Shown piece by piece: positions 40,701 through 49,133 of a stretch of DNA of 64,000 nt. Origin of the DNA: Tubulanus polymorphus (Eukaryota > Animalia > Nemertea). The notes under the pieces are model-generated. The model saw nothing but the letters and a program-made list of their open reading frames with translations, had not been told where the DNA came from and did not search any database. The position numbers were made by a program, and so were the translations under genes. Position 1 is the first letter of the stretch, and every line of letters starts with the position of its first letter. The stretch lies in assembly GCF_964204645.1 (NCBI RefSeq), contig NC_134028.1:6262001-6326000 (forward strand). The letters are read 5' to 3'.

Positions 40701-42704
40701 CAGCCCTGTGTATTCTGGATCCAGTTCCACAGTTGTGAATTAGTTAACTCTGAGTTAAAATTGGTTCATTTTCAATGTTTTAACTCAGAATCAAATCTTA
40801 ACTAACGACTTTGGAACTGGGCCCTCTCCTTTAGTATCATACTTTTTTACTTCGTTAAGAAACTAACATTGTAGACTGGATTTGTAAAAAGAAATTCTTA
40901 CATTTCTATAGGTTGATACTGGGTAATCGCGCGCAGCAGAATATCCGCGATGACCTGTTGGGTATAGTTACGGAAAGAAGAATTCGTAGGCCTTACGTAT
41001 TAGGAGGAGCTCCGGGTCAGGCCCGTAGTCTAATCATATATAAGACATATTACTATCTGTTTGACAGCGACCTGTGGCCAGCTCTAGTGGCACTTGCTTG
41101 CATCATCATATTATTGAGCATCGTCGGAATAGTAATCATATGTTTCACTTGGTCCAGGTACGTCGTAACTATCATCAGGAAATACCAACTGGGAATTTGG
41201 GGGATGGTGAAAACTTTCTATGCTTGACTTCGTGTCTTTAAAAAATTAATTCTGGGCTTTTTCTGAATACCAGTTATATACCGGTACCGGATGTACCTTT
41301 AACCCAAGTCCAAATCTAGTTTTGAATTAAGTAGGCCTACCGTTCTTTAGAACTAGCTCCAGTTGTATGTTTAACTTCATTTCAAGTTAAAGATATTGTT
41401 AACTTGACAAAAATCATTGTGTTGTTGATAATTACGAATTTAAATGTATCTTAAGTTTATGGACTAACTCTCCCAAATGAAGAAATATCGATCACTTGCT
41501 TTTTCAAAAATATCTAAGCAGCAGTTGAATTTTTTTAGATATAAGAGATACGTGGAGAGATATAATAAATTATACGTAGCACCGCAGTATAATCCAGTGT
41601 TCTTCAGTCCTCCGAGTATGATTGCACCAACCACTTACAAAGATTTCGAAGTTCAGGTAAACTTTTAAATCAAAAGTATCGAGTTATTGCAGGTTTCTGT
41701 ACATTTCAGATTGGGGGGGGGGGGGGGAATTGTGTTAATCCTGGCTTAAAAGTATGCTAGTCTATAAAACTGGGCCCTGATCTTCAGTTCATATACCTGT
41801 ATATCGTATTACCCCTATGTAAATCAGATGTATTTCCTGAGGTCACGATTTTACACAAAGATCTTCATATTGCCTCCTGATTGTCATACTTAGTAAAATA
41901 TTCACAGTCCTCGTATTACTGTTGACACATTCTGGAAGGTAAGGCACTGTTGTTGCTGTCATATAACTGAATGGAATTTTTGCTTTCTTTTCATAGAGTT
42001 TGAATATGTTCATTCCGCCGGATGACACCGCTGCTGATTTGGGTGAAGTAAATCTAGGATTTGCTGTAGACAGCAATGGCCAGCCATTACAATCATCAGA
42101 TGTACATCTTGGCGCCATAAATCCCATATATGACAATAGGTAGTATCTTTTTCACAGATCTTAGGCTAGAATAAAATAATACCTGGTTTCTCCTAACTGG
42201 CCGGGTTAGTTTTGTAAACTGCATTGAAATTTGTAATCAGATCATTTCTGCTGGATCAGTTATGGCTAGCTTGATCATGATTTACAAAAAAGTAATGCAC
42301 AGGGTAGATAGGCAGCCGGGTAAACTTTTAAGCTCAGCAGAAATGAGAAACAAGGTATCAATTCTTTTATCATGATTTCTATCTCAGATATCTGCCATTG
42401 AGAGTTATATAGTGTTTAGGGATGTATCAGCAAATTAGGGTTTTCTGCTAATTCGCAAAATTGTTTTAAGAACCCGTTTTTAAAATGGAACTGATCACAA
42501 TTGAAGAATGTAGCCTAGATATACTGTCAGTTGCTGCAAGCTCTCTGCTAAGGTCATCAATTGAAGTGTCATCAATTGAAGTGGAAGTACATCTATTGAA
42601 GTGGAAGTACATCTATTGAAGTGGAAGTACATCTATTGTTATTTTTGTCTTTCAGAACAGCAGTCATCGGGAAGCCTAGCATAACAGTGACTCCATCACA
42701 ATGA
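1..42704 (+). CDS. Giant cadherin (Cad99C/PCDH15-like C-terminus, Fat-like length; automated pipelines would probably call it protocadherin Fat 4-like). 5'-partial, 93 exons, at least 44 EC repeats + SEA/MAD-like domain + TM + cytoplasmic tail
   Basis: Hand-spliced GT-AG exons, all in one open frame: 1-111, 394-528, 1002-1193, 1381-1515, 1758-1943, 2615-2743, 2917-3105, 3637-3765, 3853-4041, 4301-4423, 4575-4754, 4835-4972, 5201-5383, 5729-6034, 6244-6390, 6874-7074, 7485-7616, 7728-7919, 8042-8158, 8300-8485, 8608-8739, 9062-9247, 9338-9469, 9736-9927, 10101-10232, 10454-10642, 10874-11011, 11455-11637, 12095-12250, 12368-12553, 13068-13205, 13479-13664, 13856-13996, 14336-14530, 14874-14999, 15103-15288, 15553-15681, 15863-16051, 16146-16271, 16786-16968, 17660-17788, 18116-18298, 18387-18509, 18985-19287, 20104-20232, 20550-20741, 20831-20950, 21047-21229, 21473-21598, 21686-21868, 21958-22083, 22658-22864, 23150-23278, 23822-24004, 24708-25139, 25726-25914, 26217-26339, 26633-26824, 27086-27208, 27635-27820, 28459-28587, 28677-28862, 29332-29460, 29821-30003, 30122-30250, 30342-30536, 31322-31444, 31848-32030, 32496-32627, 32717-32905, 33059-33187, 33564-33755, 33901-34023, 34108-34290, 34674-34823, 34988-35170, 35529-35651, 35742-35930, 36127-36279, 36774-36971, 37407-37544, 37639-37760, 37897-38009, 38323-38550, 38838-39010, 39514-39738, 40022-40113, 40266-40361, 40435-40503, 40912-41157, 41539-41656, 41997-42139, 42656-42704 (TGA). 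Cadherin motifs (ATDxD, AxDxGxP, P-x-F, F-x-I-x-x-x-x-G) recur throughout. Canonical DIDRET and DVNDNVPQF occur near the C-terminus. TM helix [27 protein letters not shown]. The last exon is less certain. Confidence 0.93.
2194..2472. mobile_element. hAT-like MITE, 5-bp TSD
   Basis: CAGGGCCTTCGGAA...TTCCGACGGCTCTG flanked by AACAA/AACAA. Confidence 0.72.
5460..5691 (+). mobile_element. 5'-truncated CR1/L2-clade LINE 3' end
   Basis: Translates [27 protein letters not shown], matching the ORF2 C-terminal YxNSF/YFxxxxxxWNxL motif. A short 3'UTR and an (ATTCAG)n tail follow. Confidence 0.7.
12584..12994. repeat. Foldback element with about 110-bp imperfect TIRs
   Basis: TTTTTGTCTGGGATCGAT/ATCGATCCCAGACAAAAA and TGAAACTGTGCAGTCTGAATAA/TTATTCAGACTGCACAGTTTCA. 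Confidence 0.8.
14058..14302. mobile_element. hAT-like MITE family D
   Basis: CAGGACGGCCAC...GTGGTCACTCTG flanked by a 5-bp TCTGA duplication. Confidence 0.7.
16337..16593. mobile_element. hAT-like MITE family D (CAGGGTGGCCAC TIR)
   Basis: CAGGGTGGCCAC...GTGGCCACCCAG with repeated AGTCAGGGAA motifs. Other copies at 14058-14302, 25223-25526, 28020-28278, 50122-50402 and 58687-58895. Confidence 0.75.
16626..16731. repeat. (TA)n microsatellite, about 50 units
   Basis: Seen directly; it explains the YIYIYI ORF. Confidence 0.97.
17410..17521 (-). mobile_element. tRNA-derived SINE head remnant
   Basis: The minus strand has a perfect B box in a T-arm, CCAGGGTTCGAATCCTGG (17472-17490), with an A-box-like GGCATAGTGA upstream. 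Confidence 0.5.
19409..19569. mobile_element. MITE with GGGCC(C)GGTTTCATAGA-type TIRs, directly adjacent to a family B copy
   Basis: GGGCTGGGTTTCATAGAT...GTCTATGAAACCGGGCC. Similar ends at 35327-35437, 38634-38706 and 59443-59548. Confidence 0.55.
19572..19682. mobile_element. Palindromic Harbinger/PIF-like MITE (family B)
   Basis: GGGTCCAGTTCCACAGTT...AACTGTGGAACTGGGCCC with internal GAGTTAACTC palindromes. Superfamily assigned only from the GGGCC-type ends. Confidence 0.7.
20315..20417. mobile_element. Palindromic MITE (family B)
   Basis: GATCCAGTTCCACAGT...AACTGCGGAACTGGGTC. Confidence 0.7.
23025..23095 (+). pseudogene. tRNA-derived pseudogene or SINE head (tRNA-Gly-like 3' half)
   Basis: A-box-like TAGTCTACTGGTT, B-box GGTTCAATCC, and an end CCGGGTTCAATCCGCGGTGAATGCA resembling tRNA-Gly. 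The anticodon arm does not fold. Confidence 0.5.
24382..24648. mobile_element. MITE with CAGGGGCGGATC-type TIRs
   Basis: GAGGGGCAGATTTAGG...CCTAGATCCGCCCCCTG with a possible AAGAT duplication. Relatives at 8799-8989 and 43477-43729. Confidence 0.6.
27826..28020 (-). mobile_element. L2-clade LINE 3' end
   Basis: The minus strand translates [27 protein letters not shown] (L2 ORF2 C-terminal WNxLP...FKxxLKTxLF), then GTAAAGCGC...TATAAAA and a (CATT)n tail. Confidence 0.72.
28884..29169. mobile_element. piggyBac-type MITE (family A), diverged
   Basis: CTCTTTCAGTACTGACTAA...CTGAAAGGG|TTAA; shares internal TTTCACTATGTTTGACAGG and GATTTATACACCG. Confidence 0.78.
29580..29680 (-). mobile_element. 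LINE/SINE 3' terminus remnant with (ATT/ATC)n tail
   Basis: Minus strand reads GAGCACATTCAAAC...TATACAAATGACTATTATAATCATT(TTC)ATTATTATC... Confidence 0.4.
31600..31749 (-). mobile_element. Penelope-like element remnant: perfect 39-bp inverted repeat enclosing a minimal hammerhead ribozyme
   Basis: Arms 31600-31638 and 31711-31749 are exact reverse complements. The inner minus strand reads CGC-CTGATGA-T-GGCTA-N8-TAGCC-GAAAC-GTT-GCG. Confidence 0.7.
31667..31710 (-). ncRNA. Minimal type I hammerhead ribozyme motif
   Basis: CUGAUGA core, 5-bp stem II, GAAA, palindromic ACGU stem III, GUU cleavage triplet, CGC/GCG stem I. Confidence 0.6.
32111..32390. mobile_element. piggyBac-type MITE (family A)
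   Basis: TTAA|TCCTTTCACTGCTGACTAA...ACTGAAAGGG|TTAA; collinear with the 57119 copy. Confidence 0.82.
39200..39478. mobile_element. piggyBac-type MITE (family A), degenerate
   Basis: Shares GTTTGACAGGTG, CACTGATTTATACACCGCATTGCGGTGTAAACGCACTGAAAGG with the other copies. Shorter fragments lie at about 9935, 18692-18816, 35467 and 48175-48355. Confidence 0.7.
40520..40708. mobile_element. hAT-like MITE family F (CAGGGCTGCCAAC TIR), 6-bp TSD
   Basis: TAGAGCTGCCAAC...GTTGGCAGCCCTG with TGTATT on both sides. The core GAGGGTCTTACTGTTGATTAC is also found at about 11835-12025, 14600-14812 and 23420-23646. Confidence 0.72.
40717..40824. mobile_element. Palindromic MITE (family B)
   Basis: GGATCCAGTTCCACAGTT...ACTTTGGAACTGGGCCC. 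Degenerate relatives at about 5027-5093 and 38157-38258. Confidence 0.7.
42555..42638. repeat. Minisatellite, 20-bp unit ATTGAAGTGGAAGTACATCT x3 plus 15-bp variants
   Basis: Seen directly, just upstream of the last cadherin acceptor. Confidence 0.85.
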
Positions 42705-43300
42705 CATTCCAAGAGCTGTGTATAATGCTATAAGATTTTTCCTGCTTCATATTGGAATACGTATAATCTAATGTACAAATCACTATGTAACATATAATAT
42801 GATGGAGGCCAAATGTTTCAAAGACGACGATTTGTTATGATTTTGTGTTTTCTCCTCTAAATTTAGAATGCATACTCAAAAGGTAAAAAGGGATTACAAG
42901 CCAGTCCAAATGATTTCTATAGATGTACATTATATTTTCTACTTTGATATATATTTATATAGAACAATTCGACGTTTATGGGAAAATTTATGAGAAGTTG
43001 GGATTCTATTTTTGTAATCTGGATTTTACCACTTTTGAATGTCTGTTAGGCATTCTAGGGTTGTTTTAATTGAATAGATGAATATATTGTATTTAATTGT
43101 ATATGCGTTTCTACTAGTTTGAAATGTAAACTCATCGCATCGTTACAAGCTACAAAGTATTGAATGAAACCTGTAGTGCTGTGATCAACTTGACCTGTGA
43201 AACTGTTATGATTTTGAAGCTCTGATATATTGGTGCTTATATCCATGTAAATTCCTATTTCTAACCTATTTATCTATGTATTTATCTTTTAAGGCGAAGA

Positions 43301-43306
43301 AATAAA
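43301..43306 (+). terminator. Candidate polyadenylation signal for the cadherin gene
   Basis: AATAAA about 600 nt after the stop, followed by T/GT-rich sequence. Alternatives at about 43892 and 44108. Confidence 0.3.
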
Positions 43307-45287
43307 AGCGGATGATTATATTTTGTAATTATTCGCTATGTGATACTTGAAAATGTATTACTTATAGTTTAAACTTTTCATTTTGTACTTTAAACATTAT
43401 TTTTATGCTTTTTATTGTTGAAGAATTTTCCGATGATGTTGATGAGAATTATCAAAATTTTTATTTTCAAATTTGACAGGGGTGGATCCATAGGCATATT
43501 TTGAAGCACTTTTGACAAAAAAGGCAATATCATATGTATTCCCACACTGAGGGGCCAGTTTTAAAGAACTTGTCACATCCAAAAAGGCACTCTCATCTCC
43601 ACAAAGGCAGTATGACGGGCACTTCTGCACTGTAATGCACCGGTTATCTTTGTTGTTAAAACAGAAAGGGCACTAAAAAAATCTGATGGACTTCTAAAGG
43701 TCTCACAAGTCCCCCTGGATCTGCCCCTGACCGATGCCATATCAATGTAAAGTGAAATTATGGCTTTGAGTTACAAGTGAAATGTGCTTAATCCTGATCA
43801 ATTTTATCATGGACTGTTTAATTAAGATTCCATGGTTTAGTACATAATTCTGATTTTCATTTTATCAGTCACTTGTATTTAAAAAGTACGCAATAAATGA
43901 TACCAAATGATTCAGATTAAGCGGGTTTTACTGTCAGAGACGGGTTTGGTAAAAATGGCTCGAATACGAGACAAGGTTTTACCATAGAAGGCTGTAAGCG
44001 AAGGCTTAAGATAGTTCTAGGATTTCATTTTACTGTAACTGCGTAATTTTTTTAAACAAAAATTAAATTTCGTTTAATATTTGCGATAAATTCGAATGTA
44101 TTCCCTTAATAAAGAGGTATTTTGTACTTAATTGTAGTGAGAATTGCTCATATTTTTTCATGTCTGTTATAATACAAAATTTTTTATGCATAATTTATTT
44201 ACTAAATCATTGCTATTTCTACTCTTTGTTGATATTCTATTATGTAAGTTATTATTTCATTACTGTTATAAGAGATTTTCTTATGACTGCAGTTTTTAGA
44301 TGATAGTTTAGTTGATTATTTATGATAATGTGATCATTGATTCATTGCTGCAATTAAACGAATCAAAGCCTTATAAAAAATAGTTTTGTATCATTTGTAT
44401 TTTTTCGAACCACTCTTGTTTATTCTGCATATCTGGCCCACTCAAAATGGTAATTACTGGATTTGAGCCTAGGAATGCAGTTAATCGATAAGTTGAACCA
44501 GCTGCTTATCCTCTATTCAGCATCTGGAATAATCGTTTGAACCCTGACCATGCCTATTCCATTCAGTATCTAAAAAACTCAAGAATAAGTTTTAATACTT
44601 AGTGGATTTGAACCTAGGACTATTCTGTTATCCATATCTGGAACTGTTTACCGGCTAAGTGTATTAAACCTTGTGACACTCCAGTTTCTCCTCTATTAAG
44701 TGTCTGGCCCAGTTATTGGTCAGTCACTCTTCAAGTCTTCTAGATTGCAGCATAAAACATCCCTGCCAATTGCATCCGGGAAAACAAGAACACCATTTTA
44801 TCCATCAAAAAAGTGTTATTGAAAAATTTCGAGATATATAAATAATTTATTCAACAAAAGCGCTACATTTAACATTTCTAACAGTAGTAGTACGTACCCT
44901 ATATTCTGACGCGGGTATTTCAAAATATATGAGTTTGCTCTCATAGGCGAAATGTAACGAACGTAGTTGAAAAAATTGAATTGTTACCCTTTTTAACATT
45001 AAATCAAAAACATTCTCTTCATTATTAGAAATCTTAACACCTTTCGCTGTGTTGTTACCGTACCAAAATATCGAAGACTATGTTCTCAGTCTTCCCAGTT
45101 AGTTAATAATAAATATCATTAATCTCAAACATTAAGTTTCTAAGAAATATATAGAGATTGTAAATATTGCTCTTAAAATACATCTTTACCGAAAAAAAAA
45201 AACTTCACGAAGTAAATTAATTGCAGATCTAACTACTACTTCGTGTATTGACTGAGCATTAGCACGGTAGGTACCATAATACCTAGT

Positions 45288-45580
45288 CGGTGTTCTCCGC
45301 AACAGGTTTTAGAGGGGCAGCCACCCTTCATTTTTACATCCACACCTCGGAAAATCAGCCACCTCTTATGAAAATATCTGCCGCCCCTACCGGAGTGGAT
45401 GTCAATTTTCTGCCAATTTTGATGATTCCTTGAAATTTATTGAGTTAATGCAAAAAATAGAAGCTTACTTGAATTTTCTGTATTTTTGGGGGTATCGAAA
45501 GCCTTGCTACTTCAGCAGCCACGAGGTCATACACTTCTTGAATACAGCCCCTTTAAAATTCCAGCATATGGAGAACACTG
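45288..45580. mobile_element. hAT-like MITE (CAGTGTTCTCC TIR)
   Basis: CGGTGTTCTCC...GGAGAACACTG; flanks CTAGT/CTGGT. Confidence 0.55.
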
Positions 45581-45739
45581 CTGGTTTATCAAATGATTAG
45601 CTACCCAAGTGCAAAAAAGTTTGAAAAGTCCATTGACCTGAGATGTTTCTCTTGGACATCGGGTTAGTTTTATTATGACTAAGTGGAAACATGCATTATG
45701 AAACTATTCAATTATATTAATCTTCAGCTACGTATATTG

Positions 45740-46018
45740 CAGGCCTGTGCTGAGCTTTTTAGAGGGGCAGTTCTATTTCAAGAAAAAGGGCACTTACTCA
45801 TTGAAAAAGGGCAGCTATCTTAGATATTAAGTGCTCGGGTACCTCAATAAATCATTTGAGAATTGATAACTTTTCATTTTCCGATAGAAACATGAAAATT
45901 GTATCCAAATTTCTGAAAATCTTGACCCTGATTTCTTTAAACTGACTTTTTGAAATGCGCTTTGCAAATTTTAGGGCGATTGTTCCCTATCCCTGAATCC
46001 CTCCTCGGCACGGGCCTG
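45740..46018. mobile_element. MITE (CAGGCCCGTGCCGAG TIR)
   Basis: CAGGCCTGTGCTGAG...CTCGGCACGGGCCTG. Confidence 0.6.
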
Positions 46019-47638
46019 TGTAGTAGTCTCTACAAATGCTGATAAAATGATTAGATTTCAGTTTAGCTTTCACGATCGGACACTAATTCGAGTGACAAAA
46101 GTTGACATGTTTTTAGCATCGAAAAACAGACTAAATCGATAGACACTTCCGATGTGAAACACGGTTACACATTTGCGAAAATAATATCCTTCGTTTTATA
46201 TTACCATACGCACAGCTGACTATTTCAAATTACAATTGACAATCATTGCGTTTAATGTAAAGATACGCCTTTCAAGAATTTCATTTTTGATTCAATGAAA
46301 ATATATTAGATTTTCATAAATGATCGTGTAACAGAGTCTCCAAGTACATTTCACCCGCTATTTTCTATAAAACCCTTCCTAAAAATAGAGACATACAATA
46401 GAAACACTGAATACACTGAATGACTACAAAGTACACATTAGGGCAGTGGTACTTCAACACATTTCATTCGAGATTTCACACCTTAAATTTATAAATCTCA
46501 TTAACAGGTAACACACATTATATTCATTATATATAACAACGTTACGTGATTAAATCCGTAGAAAGAATACGCATGGTTATAGTATGAAGACAATAGTTTC
46601 GTAATTGAAAATGGAAGATTTCTAGAAGACAAATACTGCAATAATAGTTCATATGAAAATATTTCGTATCCATACCAATAACATCTTAATCGAAACGTTT
46701 CAAAATTTAGTCGCAAGAAATATTTTGTAGATTTTAAAAATCTGTACATTTTTGTATCTCGCATATCAAGTGCTTTAGGCGTTCAAAAACAGATACAAGA
46801 TTCCCAACTTAAAGGATCTAAAATCTATTGGTAGCGATAGTTATTTTCTTTTCAAATGAAGTAGCATTCTAAGAAGACAGTTACGGAAAAGATGAAAATA
46901 ATAAGGTGAGAACTATCATAGCCGATTCTCTCGAATCAGAATAGAATATCTATACCGGGTATATTAAAAATGCTTACACCAAATTCGTACCACAATGACT
47001 CACTGGTACTTGTAAAAACATGTACTGATTGTACACACACATCTGAAGGCCCAAACTTACAAGTAATATCTATAACAACCAATCTTCCCTCGACAGAGAT
47101 TTTAAAAGTGACAGCACCACACTACCATCGTACAAACTGTCACCCGGTAGTTGGGCTTCGCATATCTGAAACTATGAAATCGTTATCAGGCGATCAAAAT
47201 TCACAAAAGCTTGAACTTGAGCTTTTATATCTGGAACTTTAAAATCATCCACCGTCTAAATTTAAAGCTTAATTTAAGCCGCCATATTCTAACAGATGAT
47301 GATGACTACCGGTATGAACGAACTGTAAATATAGGATATCTGGCTGCACAAATGCCAATCAGCAAGATTCGACTCAGCGAGGGAAGATACAAGAGCTCTA
47401 AAGTGTTGATAGCTGCCTCGTCTTACCACCAAATACCCCTAAAAATTTATATGCATGATTGTCATCAGAGGCTATTTTTGCAGACGAATCAGATATTACT
47501 TATAATGATAATGATAAACTGAAAGACTGGGATACAGTGGTTGTATAAAGCCACTAACATGTGCCTTAAACCGACCCCAATTACATCATATTACAGAGAT
47601 CACCGAATAATAGTTTGACGCCTGATCACCTTTCGCTA

Positions 47639-47828
47639 CAGTAGGCTCTGCTAAAGTCAGATCTTTTTCCGGTATGTGAAAGTTTTTCAAACTCAGACCA
47701 ATGTCCGATTTGGATAGTACAAATTCGGTATATATACTTCATGAAAAGGGCCAGAAAAATAATTCAACAAATACCTGAGTTGAATGGTTATCCGAATTAG
47801 TCAGATGTGACTTCAACGGAGTCTACTA
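47639..47828. mobile_element. Tc1/mariner (pogo/Tigger-like) MITE
   Basis: TA|CAGTAGGCTCTGCTAAAGTC...GACTTCAACGGAGTCTACTA|TA. Confidence 0.6.
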
Positions 47829-48040
47829 TAGTTTAGTTCTTAGACGCCCATGAGACCAGGTTTCGGCACACAATATATGTGTCAACAAAAATCAAAAATC
47901 TAAAACTAAAAATAGTCATAACGTACAATTTTAAGGTAAAGGTAACAAAAAACAATGACGAAAAAATGCTCTCTATTGGTCATGGATATTAAAAGCCAAT
48001 TCATTTATCATTTATTTCAATAAATCATATTAACAGCGTA

Positions 48041-48449
48041 GGGCCCAGTTTCACGAAGCTGACCAGGCTAGTTTGAATTCTGAAATCGTCAGTAGTAATT
48101 ACACAGATGTCGAAAGCAATTAATAGCAAGTCTTTTAGTGAAAAGGTCTAACTGAAATTCTCAACCGGTTTTACCCTTTCAGTGCATCTACACCTCGGTG
48201 TGGTGTATAAATCGGTAATGGACTTACCGGTAGTCACCATTAGTCACTAATGATACACCGCACTGTGGTGTTGTAGATACAATAGAGCAATACGCCTACT
48301 ATTCAACACACTGGGTGGATTATCTCCGGCACTTACGGGCATTAATTTCTCAGTGCTGGGATCAAACTGAATCTTACTGAACATTCACGTTTTCGACCAC
48401 AACAATGAAAACCATTTCGTTTGAAAAACTGTTCGTGAAACTCGGCCCC
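48041..48449. mobile_element. Harbinger-like MITE with a nested piggyBac family A fragment
   Basis: GGGCCCAGTTTCACGAAG...TTCGTGAAACTCGGCCC enclosing CCCTTTCAGTGCATCTACACC at 48175. Confidence 0.55.
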
Positions 48450-49133
48450 TGAACATTGCTGCCTTACCCACATATATGGTAAAACCATCACAGCTCGTTT
48501 TGAACACAGAGAAATTTCGATAATTTTTTCGAAAATAACGATTATCTTTACGAAAAATATATGACTTTGTATCGATATAGACAATTGTGACCTTTCATGA
48601 TGCTGGAATAAGATACCAAAAAACAAGACCAGTACAAAAATGTCTGTAACCGACGATAATCAAACAACATGCGGATCATCAATTTTACATGGAAAACATT
48701 GTCTACATCTTAACCTGTTTGATACTGTGATATTCTATTTTCGTCTATCCAAGGCAGGTTTTGATTGAAAAAATTGCCAATTCTGGAATACAGTACACCG
48801 CGTTATCACAGGTTTACTGAATATGCTATTCTGGATAAGGCTGGAAAAAATTGATATCTCATTTCTCATGTTCAACCTAATTATGTTTATAAACTTGGAT
48901 AAAATATATTATCAATTCGTTTCTATAATTGCCAGGGTTTTTATTGTTAGCTCGATCATGATTTTGAAAAGTAACGTACAGGGTCTTACGAAAGCAGCCT
49001 TTTAGAACAACCTCAAAACGAGATATCAATTGTTCTTAGCCTTCGATAGAGTAGATTCTGGTTATTTCAGAATCAGCGGAGCTCAATTGATGCCTGCCTA
49101 GATATAAAATCGAAATAAAACCAACAACTGAGA

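Larger units (their letters stand above)
40022..41157 (+). other. Membrane-adjacent SEA/MAD-like domain plus transmembrane helix of the giant cadherin
   Basis: After the last EC there is a non-cadherin segment of about 120 aa ([14 protein letters not shown]...[19 protein letters not shown]...[12 protein letters not shown]) followed by a hydrophobic helix of about 27 aa. PCDH15, CDH23 and Cad99C have a SEA-like MAD domain at this position (family knowledge; fold not computed). Confidence 0.65.

Noticed and set aside
3844-42136. Minus-strand and off-frame ORFs in the track (e.g. 5725-5907, 24954-25280, 32537-32875)
   Set aside because: They are shadows of cadherin exons with no recognisable protein features.
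42555-42638. CRISPR-like direct repeats
   Set aside because: The units are contiguous with no spacers, and the context is a eukaryotic intron. It is a minisatellite.
42677-42732. Stop-codon readthrough (TAG-C followed by [17 protein letters not shown])
   Set aside because: It is not in the frame set by the first acceptor, and there is no conservation evidence.
44430-44710. Tandem ncRNA genes (GGATTTGAxCCTAGG twice)
   Set aside because: They look like degenerate B-box SINE fragments on the minus strand and are too decayed to call.
46501-49005. ORFs between the cadherin and MMD
   Set aside because: Short and AT-rich, with no motifs or splice pattern; probably convergent 3'UTR or intergenic sequence.
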